64,000 nt of DNA from an uncultured bacterium (lineage in GTDB: Bacteria; Krumholzibacteriota; Krumholzibacteriia; JACNKJ01), in assembly GCA_964410395.1 (NCBI GenBank), contig CAYPGS010000018.1:1-64000 (forward strand), given 5' to 3'. The first letter of the stretch is position 1. Each line of letters starts with the position of its first letter. The translations under genes and the position numbers were made by a program. Below, one piece after another: positions 9,852-19,185 of this stretch. The notes under the pieces were generated by a model. The model had not been told where the DNA came from. It did not search any database and was given only the letters and a program-made list of their open reading frames with translations.

Positions 9852-10364
9852 ACTGAGGACTGAGGACTGAGAACTCCGATCAGGGAAAGGTAGGCTTTCG
9901 GTCCACCTTTCTTTTTGGCCGCAATGATTTATGCAAGCCGATGGTCTGCTTTCGAACCGAGACAAGAGCTTTTTCAACCTGGTCGACTCGGTCTTGATCC
10001 AGGAAGCAAAGCCTCTCCGCAAGCAGTACAAGGGTCTCAACTTCATTGACCGAACCCATCGCTATGTCGAGAAAGCGTCGAAACTCAGCTTCTGTATCGC
10101 GCCCGGCCCCTTCAGCGATATTCGAGGGAATTGATACTGCTGCTCTACGAATCTGATTTTGCATCCCGAATTTCTCGCTTCTTGGAAGTGCACTGCTAAC
10201 AGAGTAGACAACTTCAACGAGATCCATCGCCCTTTGCCAAACTGTATACTCTTTGTATTTCCTCACTTAGAGACCCCCCGCTAAGAACCCTTCAAGCTTG
10301 CGCCAGTATTGAACCATCTTTGATTTTGCCTTCGTTCTCAGTCCTCAGTCCTCAGTTCACAGTT
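9844..10364. mobile_element. IVS-like cassette: four-helix-bundle gene flanked by perfect 31-bp inverted repeats
   Basis: AACTGTGAACTGAGGACTGAGGACTGAGAAC at ~9844-9874 and its exact reverse complement at ~10334-10364. The left repeat contains the ACAD TGA stop. The cassette is ~520 bp and its internal gene lies on the opposite strand. Confidence 0.5.
9880..10266 (-). CDS. Four-helix-bundle protein (TIGR02436 type, the so-called 23S rRNA intervening-sequence protein)
   Basis: MRKYKEYTVWQRAMDLVEVVY..IPSNIAEGAGR..EFRRFLDIAMGSVNEVETLLLL is characteristic of the family; ~128 aa. Confidence 0.85.
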   Translation of the reverse strand: MRKYKEYTVWQRAMDLVEVVYSVSSALPRSEKFGMQNQIRRAAVSIPSNIAEGAGRDTEAEFRRFLDIAMGSVNEVETLVLLAERLCFLDQDRVDQVEKALVSVRKQTIGLHKSLRPKRKVDRKPTFP

Positions 10365-10382
10365 GTTCTTGACACAGCCCAA

Positions 10383-10404
10383 TTGAACTAGTAGACTAGT
10401 TCAA
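10383..10404. promoter_or_regulatory. Palindromic candidate operator TTGAACTAGTagACTAGTTCAA upstream of the GntR gene (a third ACTAGT half-site follows)
   Basis: Perfect 10-2-10 inverted repeat ~30 bp upstream of the GntR start; the dyad form is typical of an autoregulatory HTH-regulator operator. Confidence 0.4.
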
Positions 10405-10433
10405 TGTAACACTAGTACGGGAGGCATAAGCCC

Positions 10434-10838
10434 ATGAATCCCAAGGACAGCGCCACCCCTCAGCTCGATACCCGGAGCGGAGTGCCCATCTATCGTCAAA
10501 TCGTCGATTGGGTGAAGTTCCGGGTGGCCGCCGGCTTCCTTGAGCCCGGCGAGCAGTTGCCCACGGTGCGCCAACTTGCTGTGGATCTGGGGGTTAACGC
10601 GAATACCGTCTCCCGCGCCTATCTCGAACTGGAGCGTATGGACCTCGTGAACATGCTCCAGGGCAAGGGCACCTTCGTCGCGGAGAAGGAGGTGCCCATG
10701 GATCAGGTAGTCCGCGGGCTCAAGCTCAAGGAAATCGTCAGTGAGATGCTGTCTCGGGCCAGCGAGTTCGGCTTCAGTCCCGAGGAAGTCATCGACGAGA
10801 TGAACCACCGAATCTCCGTGACCAAGGAGGAATCATGA
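10434..10838 (+). CDS. GntR-family transcriptional regulator
   Basis: N-terminal GntR HTH (PIYRQIVDWVKFRVAAGFLEPGEQLPTVRQLAVDLGVNANTVSRAYLELE); RBS GGGAGG. Overlaps the next gene by ATGA. Confidence 0.85.
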   Translation: MNPKDSATPQLDTRSGVPIYRQIVDWVKFRVAAGFLEPGEQLPTVRQLAVDLGVNANTVSRAYLELERMDLVNMLQGKGTFVAEKEVPMDQVVRGLKLKEIVSEMLSRASEFGFSPEEVIDEMNHRISVTKEES

Positions 10839-11935
10839 ACGTGCCCAAACCCACACTGGACCTGCCCAAGGCCCCCAAGGCACCGGCCATTCGACCGGAT
10901 TTTCGCTTCGGTGCGATCAACTTCCTGATCATGGTCGCGCTGGCCAGCCTGGGCGGAGCGATTCAAAGCTCGCTAGGAGTTCCCGCTGGAACCGTATTGC
11001 CCATCGACCTCACCACCTTCGGCGTCATCGCCGGACTGGTCATGGGCGGCTCCCTCTACCTCTTCCCCAACTGGATGAAGGTCATCGCCCTGGGTGTGGC
11101 CTACTGGCTGGTGATCCACTTCGTCTTCCCGGATATCAACGCCTGGCCGCTCTATGTCGGCGGCTACCTGGGAATCTTCATCTCGTCCTCGGTTCAGATT
11201 GCCAAGCAGTGGGAGAAGGGCGTGGTGCTTCGCCTCGGCAAGTTCCGCGCGCTGAAGGGCCCCGGCAACTTCACCATCTTCCCCCTCATCGATCGGGTGG
11301 ACAAGCTCATCGACCACCGCGTGCGCGTCACCGACTTCCGCGCGGAGACCACGCTGACCCATGACACGGTGCCGGTGAACGTGGACGCCATCGCCTTCTG
11401 GCTGGTCTGGGACGCGAAGATGAGCGTGCTGGAGGTGGAGGACTTCGAGGCCGCGGTGGCCCTGAGCGCGCAGACCGCGCTGCGCGACGCCATCGGCCGT
11501 CACGACCTCGCTCAGCTTCTCAGCGAGCGCGAGCGCCTGGGCACGGAAATCCAGAAGGCCCTGGATCGGAAGACCGATCCCTGGGGCATTACCATTCAGG
11601 CCATCGAGATTCGAGACATCATCATTCCGCCCGGACTCGAGGACGCCATGAGCCGGCAGGCCCAGGCCGAACGCGAACGCCAGAGCCGCGTGATCCTCGG
11701 CACCGCCGAGACGGAGATCGCCGAGAAGTTCGCCAAGGCCAGCGAGTCTTATCGGGACAATCCCGTGGCGCTTCACCTGCGCGCCATGAACATGGTCTTC
11801 GAGGGTCTGAAGCAGAAGGGCAGCATGGTCATCGTGCCGTCCTCGGCCGTGGAGACCATGGGCCTCGGCCACCTCGGCGGCATGACCGCCCTGGGCATGC
11901 AGAAGGGTGGCGAGCTGCCGACGGTTGAGGACTAG
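10835..11935 (+). CDS. SPFH/band-7 (stomatin/prohibitin-like) membrane protein
   Basis: Two N-terminal TM helices followed by a canonical SPFH domain (VVLRLGKFRALKGPGNFTIFPLIDRV..TQDTVPVNVDA..IEIRDIIIP). Translationally coupled to GntR. Confidence 0.85.
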   Translation: MNVPKPTLDLPKAPKAPAIRPDFRFGAINFLIMVALASLGGAIQSSLGVPAGTVLPIDLTTFGVIAGLVMGGSLYLFPNWMKVIALGVAYWLVIHFVFPDINAWPLYVGGYLGIFISSSVQIAKQWEKGVVLRLGKFRALKGPGNFTIFPLIDRVDKLIDHRVRVTDFRAETTLTHDTVPVNVDAIAFWLVWDAKMSVLEVEDFEAAVALSAQTALRDAIGRHDLAQLLSERERLGTEIQKALDRKTDPWGITIQAIEIRDIIIPPGLEDAMSRQAQAERERQSRVILGTAETEIAEKFAKASESYRDNPVALHLRAMNMVFEGLKQKGSMVIVPSSAVETMGLGHLGGMTALGMQKGGELPTVED

Positions 11936-12049
11936 AGGTTCCGCCGACACCCTCCCCGGCTTTCGGGGAGGGTGTTTCGTTTCGCGCCAATAGTTTCCTG
12001 CCATCAGTTCCTTGAAGTAATTCCTCCGCCCCCATATCCTCTAGCGACC

Positions 12050-12937
12050 ATGTCCCAACCCATTTTCCTCATCGACGCCATGGCCTGGATCTTCCGCGCC
12101 TTCTATTCGGAGGACGAGCTCCACGCCCCCGACGGAACGCCCACCAACGCGAGCTTCGGCTTCCTGCACTTCCTGCTGCGATTCCTCTATCGCGAGAAGC
12201 CCGAGCGGGTGGCCGTGGTCTTCGACGCGGGGCCCAAGAGTTTCCGCAACGAGATCTATCCCGACTACAAGGCCAATCGGGGCGAGACGCCGCCAGAACT
12301 CCTGCCCCAGTTCGAACAGTGCGAGCGCATCGTGGACGCCCTCGGACTCGCGCGCTTCAAGGTGGAGAACCACGAGGCCGACGACATCATCGCCACCCTC
12401 GCCACGCAGGCCCGCGCAGAGGGGCTGGAGGTGACCATCCTCTCGGGCGACAAGGACCTGGCCCAACTCGTGGACGAAGGTTGCCGCGTCATCGATCCAT
12501 CGCGCAGCAAGCGTTTCACCGTGCGCACGGTGCCCAAGCACTTCGGCGTCGAGCCGAGGCAGATGGTCGACTATCTGGCCATGTGCGGCGACAGCAGCGA
12601 CAACATCCCGGGCATTCCGGGCGTCGGCCCCAAGACGGCCAGCGCCCTGCTGAACGAACTCGGCAGCCTGGACGGCATCTACGCCAGTCTCGACAAGGTC
12701 GCCGACCTTCCCATACGCGGAGCGAAGAAGCTCGGTGCGAAACTCGAGGAGCATCGGGAACTGGCCGAAACCTGTCGGGAACTCGTCTCATTGCGACGAG
12801 ACATGGACTTGAACGTGAACCTGAACGAACTGGGTTGGAAAGGCGCGAAGCGCGGCGACACCGAATCGCTGTTCGAGCAGCTGGGCTTCCAGCATTCGCT
12901 CACCGCCGTCCCCGCCTTCGCCGACGAGGAGAGTTGA
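12050..12937 (+). CDS. 5'-3' exonuclease (FEN-like, Pol I N-terminal domain homolog)
   Basis: IFLIDAMAWIFRAFYS..ASFGFLHFLLRF..VVFDAGPKSFRNEIYPDYKANR..GDKDLAQLV..H3TH with GIPGVGPKTA. The ATG at 12050 is more plausible than the upstream TTG of the track ORF. Confidence 0.85.
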   Translation: MSQPIFLIDAMAWIFRAFYSEDELHAPDGTPTNASFGFLHFLLRFLYREKPERVAVVFDAGPKSFRNEIYPDYKANRGETPPELLPQFEQCERIVDALGLARFKVENHEADDIIATLATQARAEGLEVTILSGDKDLAQLVDEGCRVIDPSRSKRFTVRTVPKHFGVEPRQMVDYLAMCGDSSDNIPGIPGVGPKTASALLNELGSLDGIYASLDKVADLPIRGAKKLGAKLEEHRELAETCRELVSLRRDMDLNVNLNELGWKGAKRGDTESLFEQLGFQHSLTAVPAFADEES

Positions 12938-13851
12938 TGAACTTCGGACTGGCGCTGGGAAGCGGCGGCGCCCGCGGGCTCGCCCATGTGGGAGTGTTGG
13001 AAGTCCTGGAAGAAGAGGGCCTGCGGCCCTGCTGCATCACCGGCACCAGCATGGGGTCCATCGTGGGCGCTCTCTACGCCAAGCACATCGACGCGGACGT
13101 CGTGGACGAGCGGCTTCGCAGCTACTGGGAGAACCCGGACTTCAAGGAAGTTTGGGCGCCCTTCGTCGAGGATGACGAGTTCGACGAGGACAGCAGCTTC
13201 TTCAAGGAATTCCGCCGATCCATCGAGAGGAAGGTCCTCACCTTCAAGACATTCACCTCGCCGGCCCAGCGGGGCTCGGACAAGCTCATGGAGCCCCTGG
13301 CCGAACTGCTGGGCGACACTCGCTTCGAGGAACTCGAGATTCCCTTCGCCTCCATCGCGGTCGACCTCATCAGCGGCGACCACGTGGTCTTCAAGGACGG
13401 GCCCCTCACCGAGGCCATCTACGCCAGCAGCGCCATCCCCGGCGTCTTCCCTCCCATCGCCCACGAGGGCAAGTTGCTCACCGACGGCGGCGGCAGCTAT
13501 CGCGTGCCGGTGAGCGACTGCCGCAACCTGGGTGCCGACTTCGTGCTGGCGGTGGACATCCCCACCTTCGAGAAGGATCTCGCGGGCTTCGACCGCGGCC
13601 TCGACATCGTCATGCGCAGCGACGCCATCGCGCGAAATCGCCTCAACAAGTTCGTGCTCAAGATGGCCGACTTCGTGATCACGCCCCAGGTCGGACAGTT
13701 CCACTGGGCCAACATGAGCGCGGCGCCTGAGATCCGCAAACAGGGCATTCTCGCCGCAAGGGAGGCCCTGCCCGAACTGCGGCGGGCCATGCGGCGGCAC
13801 AAGAGCATCGGTCAGCGATTCCGCCGGGCCATCCTCGGCAAGACCGCATGA
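12937..13851 (+). CDS. Patatin-like phospholipase
   Basis: GGARGLAHVGVLEVLEE..CITGTSMGSIVGALYA (GxSxG) and the DGG motif. Start overlaps the exonuclease stop (ATGA). The track ORF 12319..13851 is an upstream read-through of the same frame. Confidence 0.85.
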   Translation: MNFGLALGSGGARGLAHVGVLEVLEEEGLRPCCITGTSMGSIVGALYAKHIDADVVDERLRSYWENPDFKEVWAPFVEDDEFDEDSSFFKEFRRSIERKVLTFKTFTSPAQRGSDKLMEPLAELLGDTRFEELEIPFASIAVDLISGDHVVFKDGPLTEAIYASSAIPGVFPPIAHEGKLLTDGGGSYRVPVSDCRNLGADFVLAVDIPTFEKDLAGFDRGLDIVMRSDAIARNRLNKFVLKMADFVITPQVGQFHWANMSAAPEIRKQGILAAREALPELRRAMRRHKSIGQRFRRAILGKTA

Positions 13852-14414
13852 CGGGCGTTCCGAGAATCGGGTGGAGCGATTTCGCTCGGGCACGCTGCGT
13901 GCCCGGACAGGGCCGCAGCTACTTTCGCGGTACCCACGAGGAACTCGTCGAACTCGTTCGCGAGAACTGGACGAGGCGACGCCCCGGCGCGGGCAGGGAA
14001 GACCTCGACAAGGTCGTACTGGTTACCTGCCCACCCGAGCGATTCGCCTGCGCAACCGTGCTCGTGAAGCGCAACACGCCGCTCTTCGCGCGTCTGGAAA
14101 ACCGGCAGGCCGGCGAGGACGCGCACATCCGCGTGACCGCCGGCGGCGAACCCGAGACCGCTCGCTTCGCCGATGTGGTCCTATATAGCGCGGCGGCGCT
14201 GCAGGAGAACGACGGCGAACGATCGGGCGATTTCGACTGGGAGATCGTGGCCATCGTGGCCGGCCCGGTGGAGGACGAGCCCATGAACCCCCTCACCATG
14301 GCTCGCAACTTTCTCGAGAAACCCGGGGGGACCTTCTGCGAGTACACGGCCCGGGAATTCGCCGAGGCCATCTACTACTGGAGCGGCCGGGCGGGCCAGG
14401 AGCCCGAGGAGTAG
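13848..14414 (+). CDS. Hypothetical protein
   Basis: 188-aa ORF whose start overlaps the patatin stop (ATGA coupling). No recognisable motif. Confidence 0.45.
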   Translation: MTGVPRIGWSDFARARCVPGQGRSYFRGTHEELVELVRENWTRRRPGAGREDLDKVVLVTCPPERFACATVLVKRNTPLFARLENRQAGEDAHIRVTAGGEPETARFADVVLYSAAALQENDGERSGDFDWEIVAIVAGPVEDEPMNPLTMARNFLEKPGGTFCEYTAREFAEAIYYWSGRAGQEPEE

Positions 14415-14430
14415 TCGGCAGAGGAATGCC

Positions 14431-14817
14431 ATGCGCCCCCAACCCCTGATCGCCGTTCGCGACGTCGAAGTCAGCAGCCGCTGGTACCAGCAACTGCTCG
14501 GCTGCCGATCCGGCCACGGCGGGAGGGAGTACGAGCGCCTGTACTTCGGCGAGGAATTGATCCTTCAGTTGCACCACTGGAATGCCCACGAACATCCCCA
14601 CCTGGGCGACGAGCGGTCGAAGCCCCACGGGAACGGCGTGCTTCTCTGGTTCCAGATCGACGACTTCGATGCCGCCGTCGGCCGAATGATCGAGCTGGAT
14701 GCCGAAATTCTGCACGAGCCGCAGGTCAATCCGCGGGCCAATCATCGCGAGGTCTGGCTGCGCGATCCGGACGGCTATGTGGTGGTTCTTGCCGGCAATG
14801 CGGGTGATCTGGGATAG
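14431..14817 (+). CDS. VOC (glyoxalase/bleomycin-resistance) family protein
   Basis: ~125 aa with a paired beta-alpha-beta-beta-beta VOC-like pattern and His/Glu metal-ligand positions. Confidence 0.7.
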   Translation: MRPQPLIAVRDVEVSSRWYQQLLGCRSGHGGREYERLYFGEELILQLHHWNAHEHPHLGDERSKPHGNGVLLWFQIDDFDAAVGRMIELDAEILHEPQVNPRANHREVWLRDPDGYVVVLAGNAGDLG

Positions 14818-14831
14818 CTGCCTGGCCCGTT

Positions 14832-14860
14832 TGACGCGTCCGCCTTCGAGTGGTAAAATC
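14832..14860 (+). promoter_or_regulatory. Sigma70-like promoter candidate for the S8 protease gene (TTGACG-17-TAAAAT)
   Basis: Consensus-like -35 and -10 hexamers with a 17-bp spacer ~30 bp upstream of RBS AAGGGAGG. Confidence 0.35.
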
Positions 14861-14890
14861 GATGCCTATCACGAAAAGGGAGGCATCGAG

Positions 14891-17761
14891 ATGAGGCAGC
14901 TCGCAATCCTGGTATCGGTCATTCTGCTCGTCGCCGGTGGAACCGTCGCCGGCGAGATCCATCCAGCGCTGGAGGACCGGCTCGCCGAACTCGGCGAGGA
15001 CGACACCATCAAGGCCGTGGTCTTTATGGCCGAGCAGGCCCCCATCGCCGAGTTGAATCTCGAGCTGAAATCGCAGCAGGCCAAACTGCGCGACCGCCAT
15101 CGCGAGGTGGTCGAGGCGCTGAAGGATGCCGCCCGTTCCCAGTCGGACCTACTCGACTACCTCGATGAGCGCGACGGTGTGCGTGGATACACCAGCCACT
15201 GGATCGCCAACCTCATCGTCGTCGTGGCGACTCGCGCCGAGATCGAGGCCATCGCAGCCCGCGACGACGTGCTTCAGGTGGAGCCCGACTTCACACCCGA
15301 ACTCATCGCGCCAACGGGCGAGTTCCTTCCAGGCGGCGATCGCCAGATCGGCGTCACCGAGGGCCTGCGCGCCATCCGCGCGCCCGAGGTCTGGTACGAG
15401 CTAGGCTACAACGGTCTGACCACCCTGGTGGGCAGCTTCGACACGGGCGTGGACGGCAGCCATCCCGCCCTGGCCGAGCGTTGGCGCGGCAACCACGCGC
15501 CCTGGAACGAGTGCTGGCTGGATCAGGTGGACAGCGGCACCGACTATCCCTTGGACCTGGACGGCCATGGCACCCACACCTGCGGCACCATCGCTGGCGT
15601 GGCGCCGGACGATTCCATCGGCGTTGCCTGGGGCGCCGAGTGGATCGCCTGCAACGGCATCGATCAACCCGTGAGCGAGGATTTCGACAACGACGTCTTC
15701 GCCGCCCTCGAATGGTTCACCGATCCCGACGGCGACCCGGGAACCATCGACGACGTGCCCGACGTGGTGCAGAACTCCTGGGGCGTGGGCGAGCACCTGA
15801 GTTACCCGTCCTGCTACGACCTCTGGTGGACCACCATCGACAACTGCGAGGCGGCCGGCGTGGTGACGGTCTGGTCGGCCGGCAACCGCGGCCCCGACTC
15901 CCTGACCATCGGCTCTCCCGCCGATCGGGCGGCGAGTCTGACCAACTGCTTCTCGGTGGGCGCGGTGGACGCCACCAACTTCGACTGGCCCTATCCCATC
16001 ACCGACTTCTCCAGCCGCGGTCCGACGACCTGCGAGGTGGACCCGGGCCTGGAGATCAAGCCCGAGGTGGTCGCGCCCGGCGAGGACGTCTATTCCTCGC
16101 TACCCGGCGGAATCTACGGATACAACAGCGGCACCAGCATGTCCGGACCTCACGTGGCCGGCGTGGCCGCGCTCATGCGCCAGGCCGACCCCAACCTCGA
16201 CGTGGACACCATCAAGCAGATCATCATGGACACGGCCGTGGACCTGGGAGATCCGGGCGAGGAGAACACCTACGGCCACGGCCTCATCGACGCCTACGCG
16301 GCGGTGAGTGCGGTGATCGAGGGCTTCGGAACCGTGGAGGGCAGCGTGGTCAACGCGAGTTGGGGCAGCGTGCCGCTCCCCGGAGCGACGATCGAGCTCG
16401 TGGGCGACGGCTACACCTGGTTCACGGACGAGGCCGGCAATTACAGCGGGCTCGCTGCGCCCGGCGACTACACCCTGCGAGCATCGATGCCGGGCTTCGA
16501 GTCGCAGGAGATTCCCATCACCGTGATCGGCGACCTGGCCATCGAGTTCCACTTCGCGCTCACCGACATCGCCGGGCCCATCATCACCGAAGTGAGCGAA
16601 CCCATCACCCTGCCCGGCGGCGGACTCGCCGATCCCATCACCGCGGACATCCTCGACTACAGTACCGTGGCCTCCGCCACCCTGCACTTCCGACTCAACG
16701 GTGGCGACTGGAACCTGAGCTCCATGGTTCCCCGCAGCGGCATCTATGAAGGACTGCTGCCATCGGTGCCGCCCAACACGGCCATCGACTACTACGTGAG
16801 CGCTCTGGACGGCCTGGGTCAGGAGGGCCTGGCGCCCGACGGCGCTCCCGCCGAGTTCTACACCCTGCTCGCCACCGAGCAGGTCTACGCCTACGACGGC
16901 GAGGATCCGCCCGACTTCCAGTGGCGCCTGGGCATGCCCGGCGACGACGCCACCGGCGGACACTGGGTGCGCGTGGATCCCGTGGGCACCGAGCAGAGCG
17001 GCGCGCCGGTGAATCCCGAGGACGACCACACGCCCGACCCCGGCGTGAAGTGCTTCGTCACGGGCAGCGGCACGCCCGGCGAAAACGCCTTCGCCAACGA
17101 CGTGGACGACGGCTGTACCACCCTGCAGAGCCCGGTCTTCGACATCAGCGAGGCCGACGCCGCCTTCATCAGCTACTGGCGCTGGTTCGCCAACGTGCTG
17201 GTCACCGCCGACGACGAATTCGTGGCCGACATCAGCTCCGACGGCGGCGACACCTGGCTGCCGCTGGAGCGGCAGAGCGTCAACGAGAACTTCTGGAAGA
17301 AGACATTCGTGGACCTGGACGGGCTCATCCCCTTCACCGATCAGGTGGTGGTGCGCTACGTGATCTGCGACTACGGACTGCCATCGCTCCTGGACGCGGC
17401 CGTGGACGACTTCTCCGTGGAGACCTACCGGGCCACCAGCACGGGCGTGGCCGACTGGACGCCGGCCTCGGGACCGGCCCTGAGCCTGGCGGGCAGCCAT
17501 CCCAATCCCTGGCGGCCCGACGGGGGCGAATCGCTAATCGGCTTCAGCCTGAACCGCAAGGCGGAGATCAGCCTGCGCATCTACGACATCTCCGGACGCC
17601 TGGTCCGAAGCCTGGCCCGAGGTGATTTCCCCGCGGGAAGTTACGAGATCTCCTGGGACGGGCGTGACTCGCGGGGCCGCGAGGCCTCCTCGGGCATCTA
17701 CTTCTACCGCCTCCAGGGGGCCGGGCAGGAGCTGAGCAGCCGGATGGTGCTCATCCGCTGA
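14891..17761 (+). CDS. Subtilisin-like serine peptidase (S8) with carboxypeptidase-regulatory-like domain and T9SS C-terminal sorting domain
   Basis: Signal peptide MRQLAILVSVILLVAGGTVAG with RBS GGAGG. Catalytic motifs GSFDTGVDGSHPAL (Asp), DGHGTHTCGTIAG (His) and GTSMSGPHVAGVAAL (Ser). C-terminal GIYFYRLQGAGQELSSRMVLIR. The track ORF starts 64 codons too early. Confidence 0.9.
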   Translation: MRQLAILVSVILLVAGGTVAGEIHPALEDRLAELGEDDTIKAVVFMAEQAPIAELNLELKSQQAKLRDRHREVVEALKDAARSQSDLLDYLDERDGVRGYTSHWIANLIVVVATRAEIEAIAARDDVLQVEPDFTPELIAPTGEFLPGGDRQIGVTEGLRAIRAPEVWYELGYNGLTTLVGSFDTGVDGSHPALAERWRGNHAPWNECWLDQVDSGTDYPLDLDGHGTHTCGTIAGVAPDDSIGVAWGAEWIACNGIDQPVSEDFDNDVFAALEWFTDPDGDPGTIDDVPDVVQNSWGVGEHLSYPSCYDLWWTTIDNCEAAGVVTVWSAGNRGPDSLTIGSPADRAASLTNCFSVGAVDATNFDWPYPITDFSSRGPTTCEVDPGLEIKPEVVAPGEDVYSSLPGGIYGYNSGTSMSGPHVAGVAALMRQADPNLDVDTIKQIIMDTAVDLGDPGEENTYGHGLIDAYAAVSAVIEGFGTVEGSVVNASWGSVPLPGATIELVGDGYTWFTDEAGNYSGLAAPGDYTLRASMPGFESQEIPITVIGDLAIEFHFALTDIAGPIITEVSEPITLPGGGLADPITADILDYSTVASATLHFRLNGGDWNLSSMVPRSGIYEGLLPSVPPNTAIDYYVSALDGLGQEGLAPDGAPAEFYTLLATEQVYAYDGEDPPDFQWRLGMPGDDATGGHWVRVDPVGTEQSGAPVNPEDDHTPDPGVKCFVTGSGTPGENAFANDVDDGCTTLQSPVFDISEADAAFISYWRWFANVLVTADDEFVADISSDGGDTWLPLERQSVNENFWKKTFVDLDGLIPFTDQVVVRYVICDYGLPSLLDAAVDDFSVETYRATSTGVADWTPASGPALSLAGSHPNPWRPDGGESLIGFSLNRKAEISLRIYDISGRLVRSLARGDFPAGSYEISWDGRDSRGREASSGIYFYRLQGAGQELSSRMVLIR

Positions 17762-17948
17762 GGAGGGCCGATCGAGGACCTTCTTAACCCTTGACTTCGC
17801 GCCAGTTAGGGCTTTGATTGCCTGGGTCGCGGAGGGGGGGCGAGGCCGCCCATGCCGGTTGCATTCGGCGGGGGCCTACGCTAGACTGTCCCGGCTTTAT
17901 CATCCCCACCGGCATTTGATCAAAAGAGGCAAGGCGGAGGTGTGCCCG

Positions 17949-19178
17949 ATGGCCGATTCCCGGATCTGGGTCGAAGTTTATACCAACGGTGAGAACTACC
18001 AGGTGCGAGCGTCTTCGAAAGGCGCGAAGCTGTTCCGGGAGGGTCTCAACATCGACTCGGCCAAGGACGCCTTGGCTCGCATGGACGACTACGCCGACCT
18101 CCGCAACGACGACTACTTCACCGCGGCGAACGGCGACATCTGCTTCGCCTGCGGGTCCGGTCGGCTAGCCCTCATCGCCGAGCTGATGCGCGAGGAAGGC
18201 ATCAAGGTTCGCGAGGGCGAGAACCTTCTTCCGGACGAGGAAGAGACCAAGCGCATCCTCGAGCGCGAGGGCGCCTTCGGCGAAGAGCTCGCCCACCTGC
18301 TCGACCAGAACCTCCCCTTCTACAAGCGCGGACCCAAGGCTCTCATCGTGGGTACGGCCATGCGCCTGGGCATCCTCATCGTCATCCTGGTGGCGGCCCG
18401 AATCATCTCGCTGAGAAACTCCGACCACTACACCGCGCGCAGCTTCCCCGCGGTCCTTTCGACCCTCGACAGGGAATTCGAGCCCCAGACCTACTTCAGC
18501 TACTTCGCCAAGCCGGTTTACACCCATCGCTCCCTGCTCAAGGTGAAGAAACCCCTCTACATCCGCGGAAACAGGATGATTCTCGAAGGCGGCTACTTCG
18601 TCGAGATCGAAGGCGTTCAGAACCTGAAGGCTTCCATCGAGCGACGCGGCGGAGCGCCTCTGGAAATCCGTATCGACGCTCGCGAGGGCGAACTCAAGAT
18701 GACGAGCCTGCACGTGGGCGATGAGATCGTGGCCCACAAGGGCAAGGTGAACTTCCTCACCCGCATCCCGCTTTCGCCGCTTCCCCTGCGCATCGATCCC
18801 ACCAGCCAGCGCGTGGGCTACCGCAAGGTCAACGACGCCGATCCCCGCAACGAGGAAAGTTTCGAGTGGATGCTCGGCCAGAAGATCAGCATGATCTGCC
18901 GCGTCCAGAGCGACGGCGACCGCTTCCTGGCCTCGGGTTCGGACGGCGAGTTCAAGTTCGCCATCCCCAAGAGCGAGATCAAACCCGTAATCAACGACAT
19001 CCTGGAGATGGCCGTTGCGGCCGATGAGCGCGTCATCCTCGACATGCGCCTGGACGGCAACGCCTACCCGCTGCGCAACCGCCGCAATCCGCGCGAGCAG
19101 CGCCGCGATCTGAATCTGATCACTCGCGGCACTCTGCACTTCGCGCAGGTGCAGGGCGCGGTGATGAAGAACCTCTAG
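17949..19178 (+). CDS. Hypothetical membrane-anchored protein
   Basis: RBS GGAGG before ATG 17949; one central TM helix (ALIVGTAMRLGILIVILVAARII); no known motif. Confidence 0.5.
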   Translation: MADSRIWVEVYTNGENYQVRASSKGAKLFREGLNIDSAKDALARMDDYADLRNDDYFTAANGDICFACGSGRLALIAELMREEGIKVREGENLLPDEEETKRILEREGAFGEELAHLLDQNLPFYKRGPKALIVGTAMRLGILIVILVAARIISLRNSDHYTARSFPAVLSTLDREFEPQTYFSYFAKPVYTHRSLLKVKKPLYIRGNRMILEGGYFVEIEGVQNLKASIERRGGAPLEIRIDAREGELKMTSLHVGDEIVAHKGKVNFLTRIPLSPLPLRIDPTSQRVGYRKVNDADPRNEESFEWMLGQKISMICRVQSDGDRFLASGSDGEFKFAIPKSEIKPVINDILEMAVAADERVILDMRLDGNAYPLRNRRNPREQRRDLNLITRGTLHFAQVQGAVMKNL

Positions 19179-19185
19179 GATTGCC

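Noticed and set aside
9880-10266. Interpreting the four-helix-bundle gene as evidence of a 23S rRNA intervening sequence in this window
   Set aside because: No rRNA-like sequence flanks it. It lies between ACAD and GntR genes, so it is reported as a free-standing IVS-like cassette instead.
12319-12936. Track ORF 12319..13851 beginning 206 codons upstream of the patatin domain
   Set aside because: The upstream part is Arg/Gly/Pro-rich read-through in the +1 frame of the exonuclease gene. The patatin sequence starts cleanly at ATG 12937, overlapping the exonuclease stop.
12679-13893. 404-aa minus-strand ORF spanning the exonuclease 3' end and the patatin gene
   Set aside because: Antisense to two well-supported plus-strand genes; no motifs.
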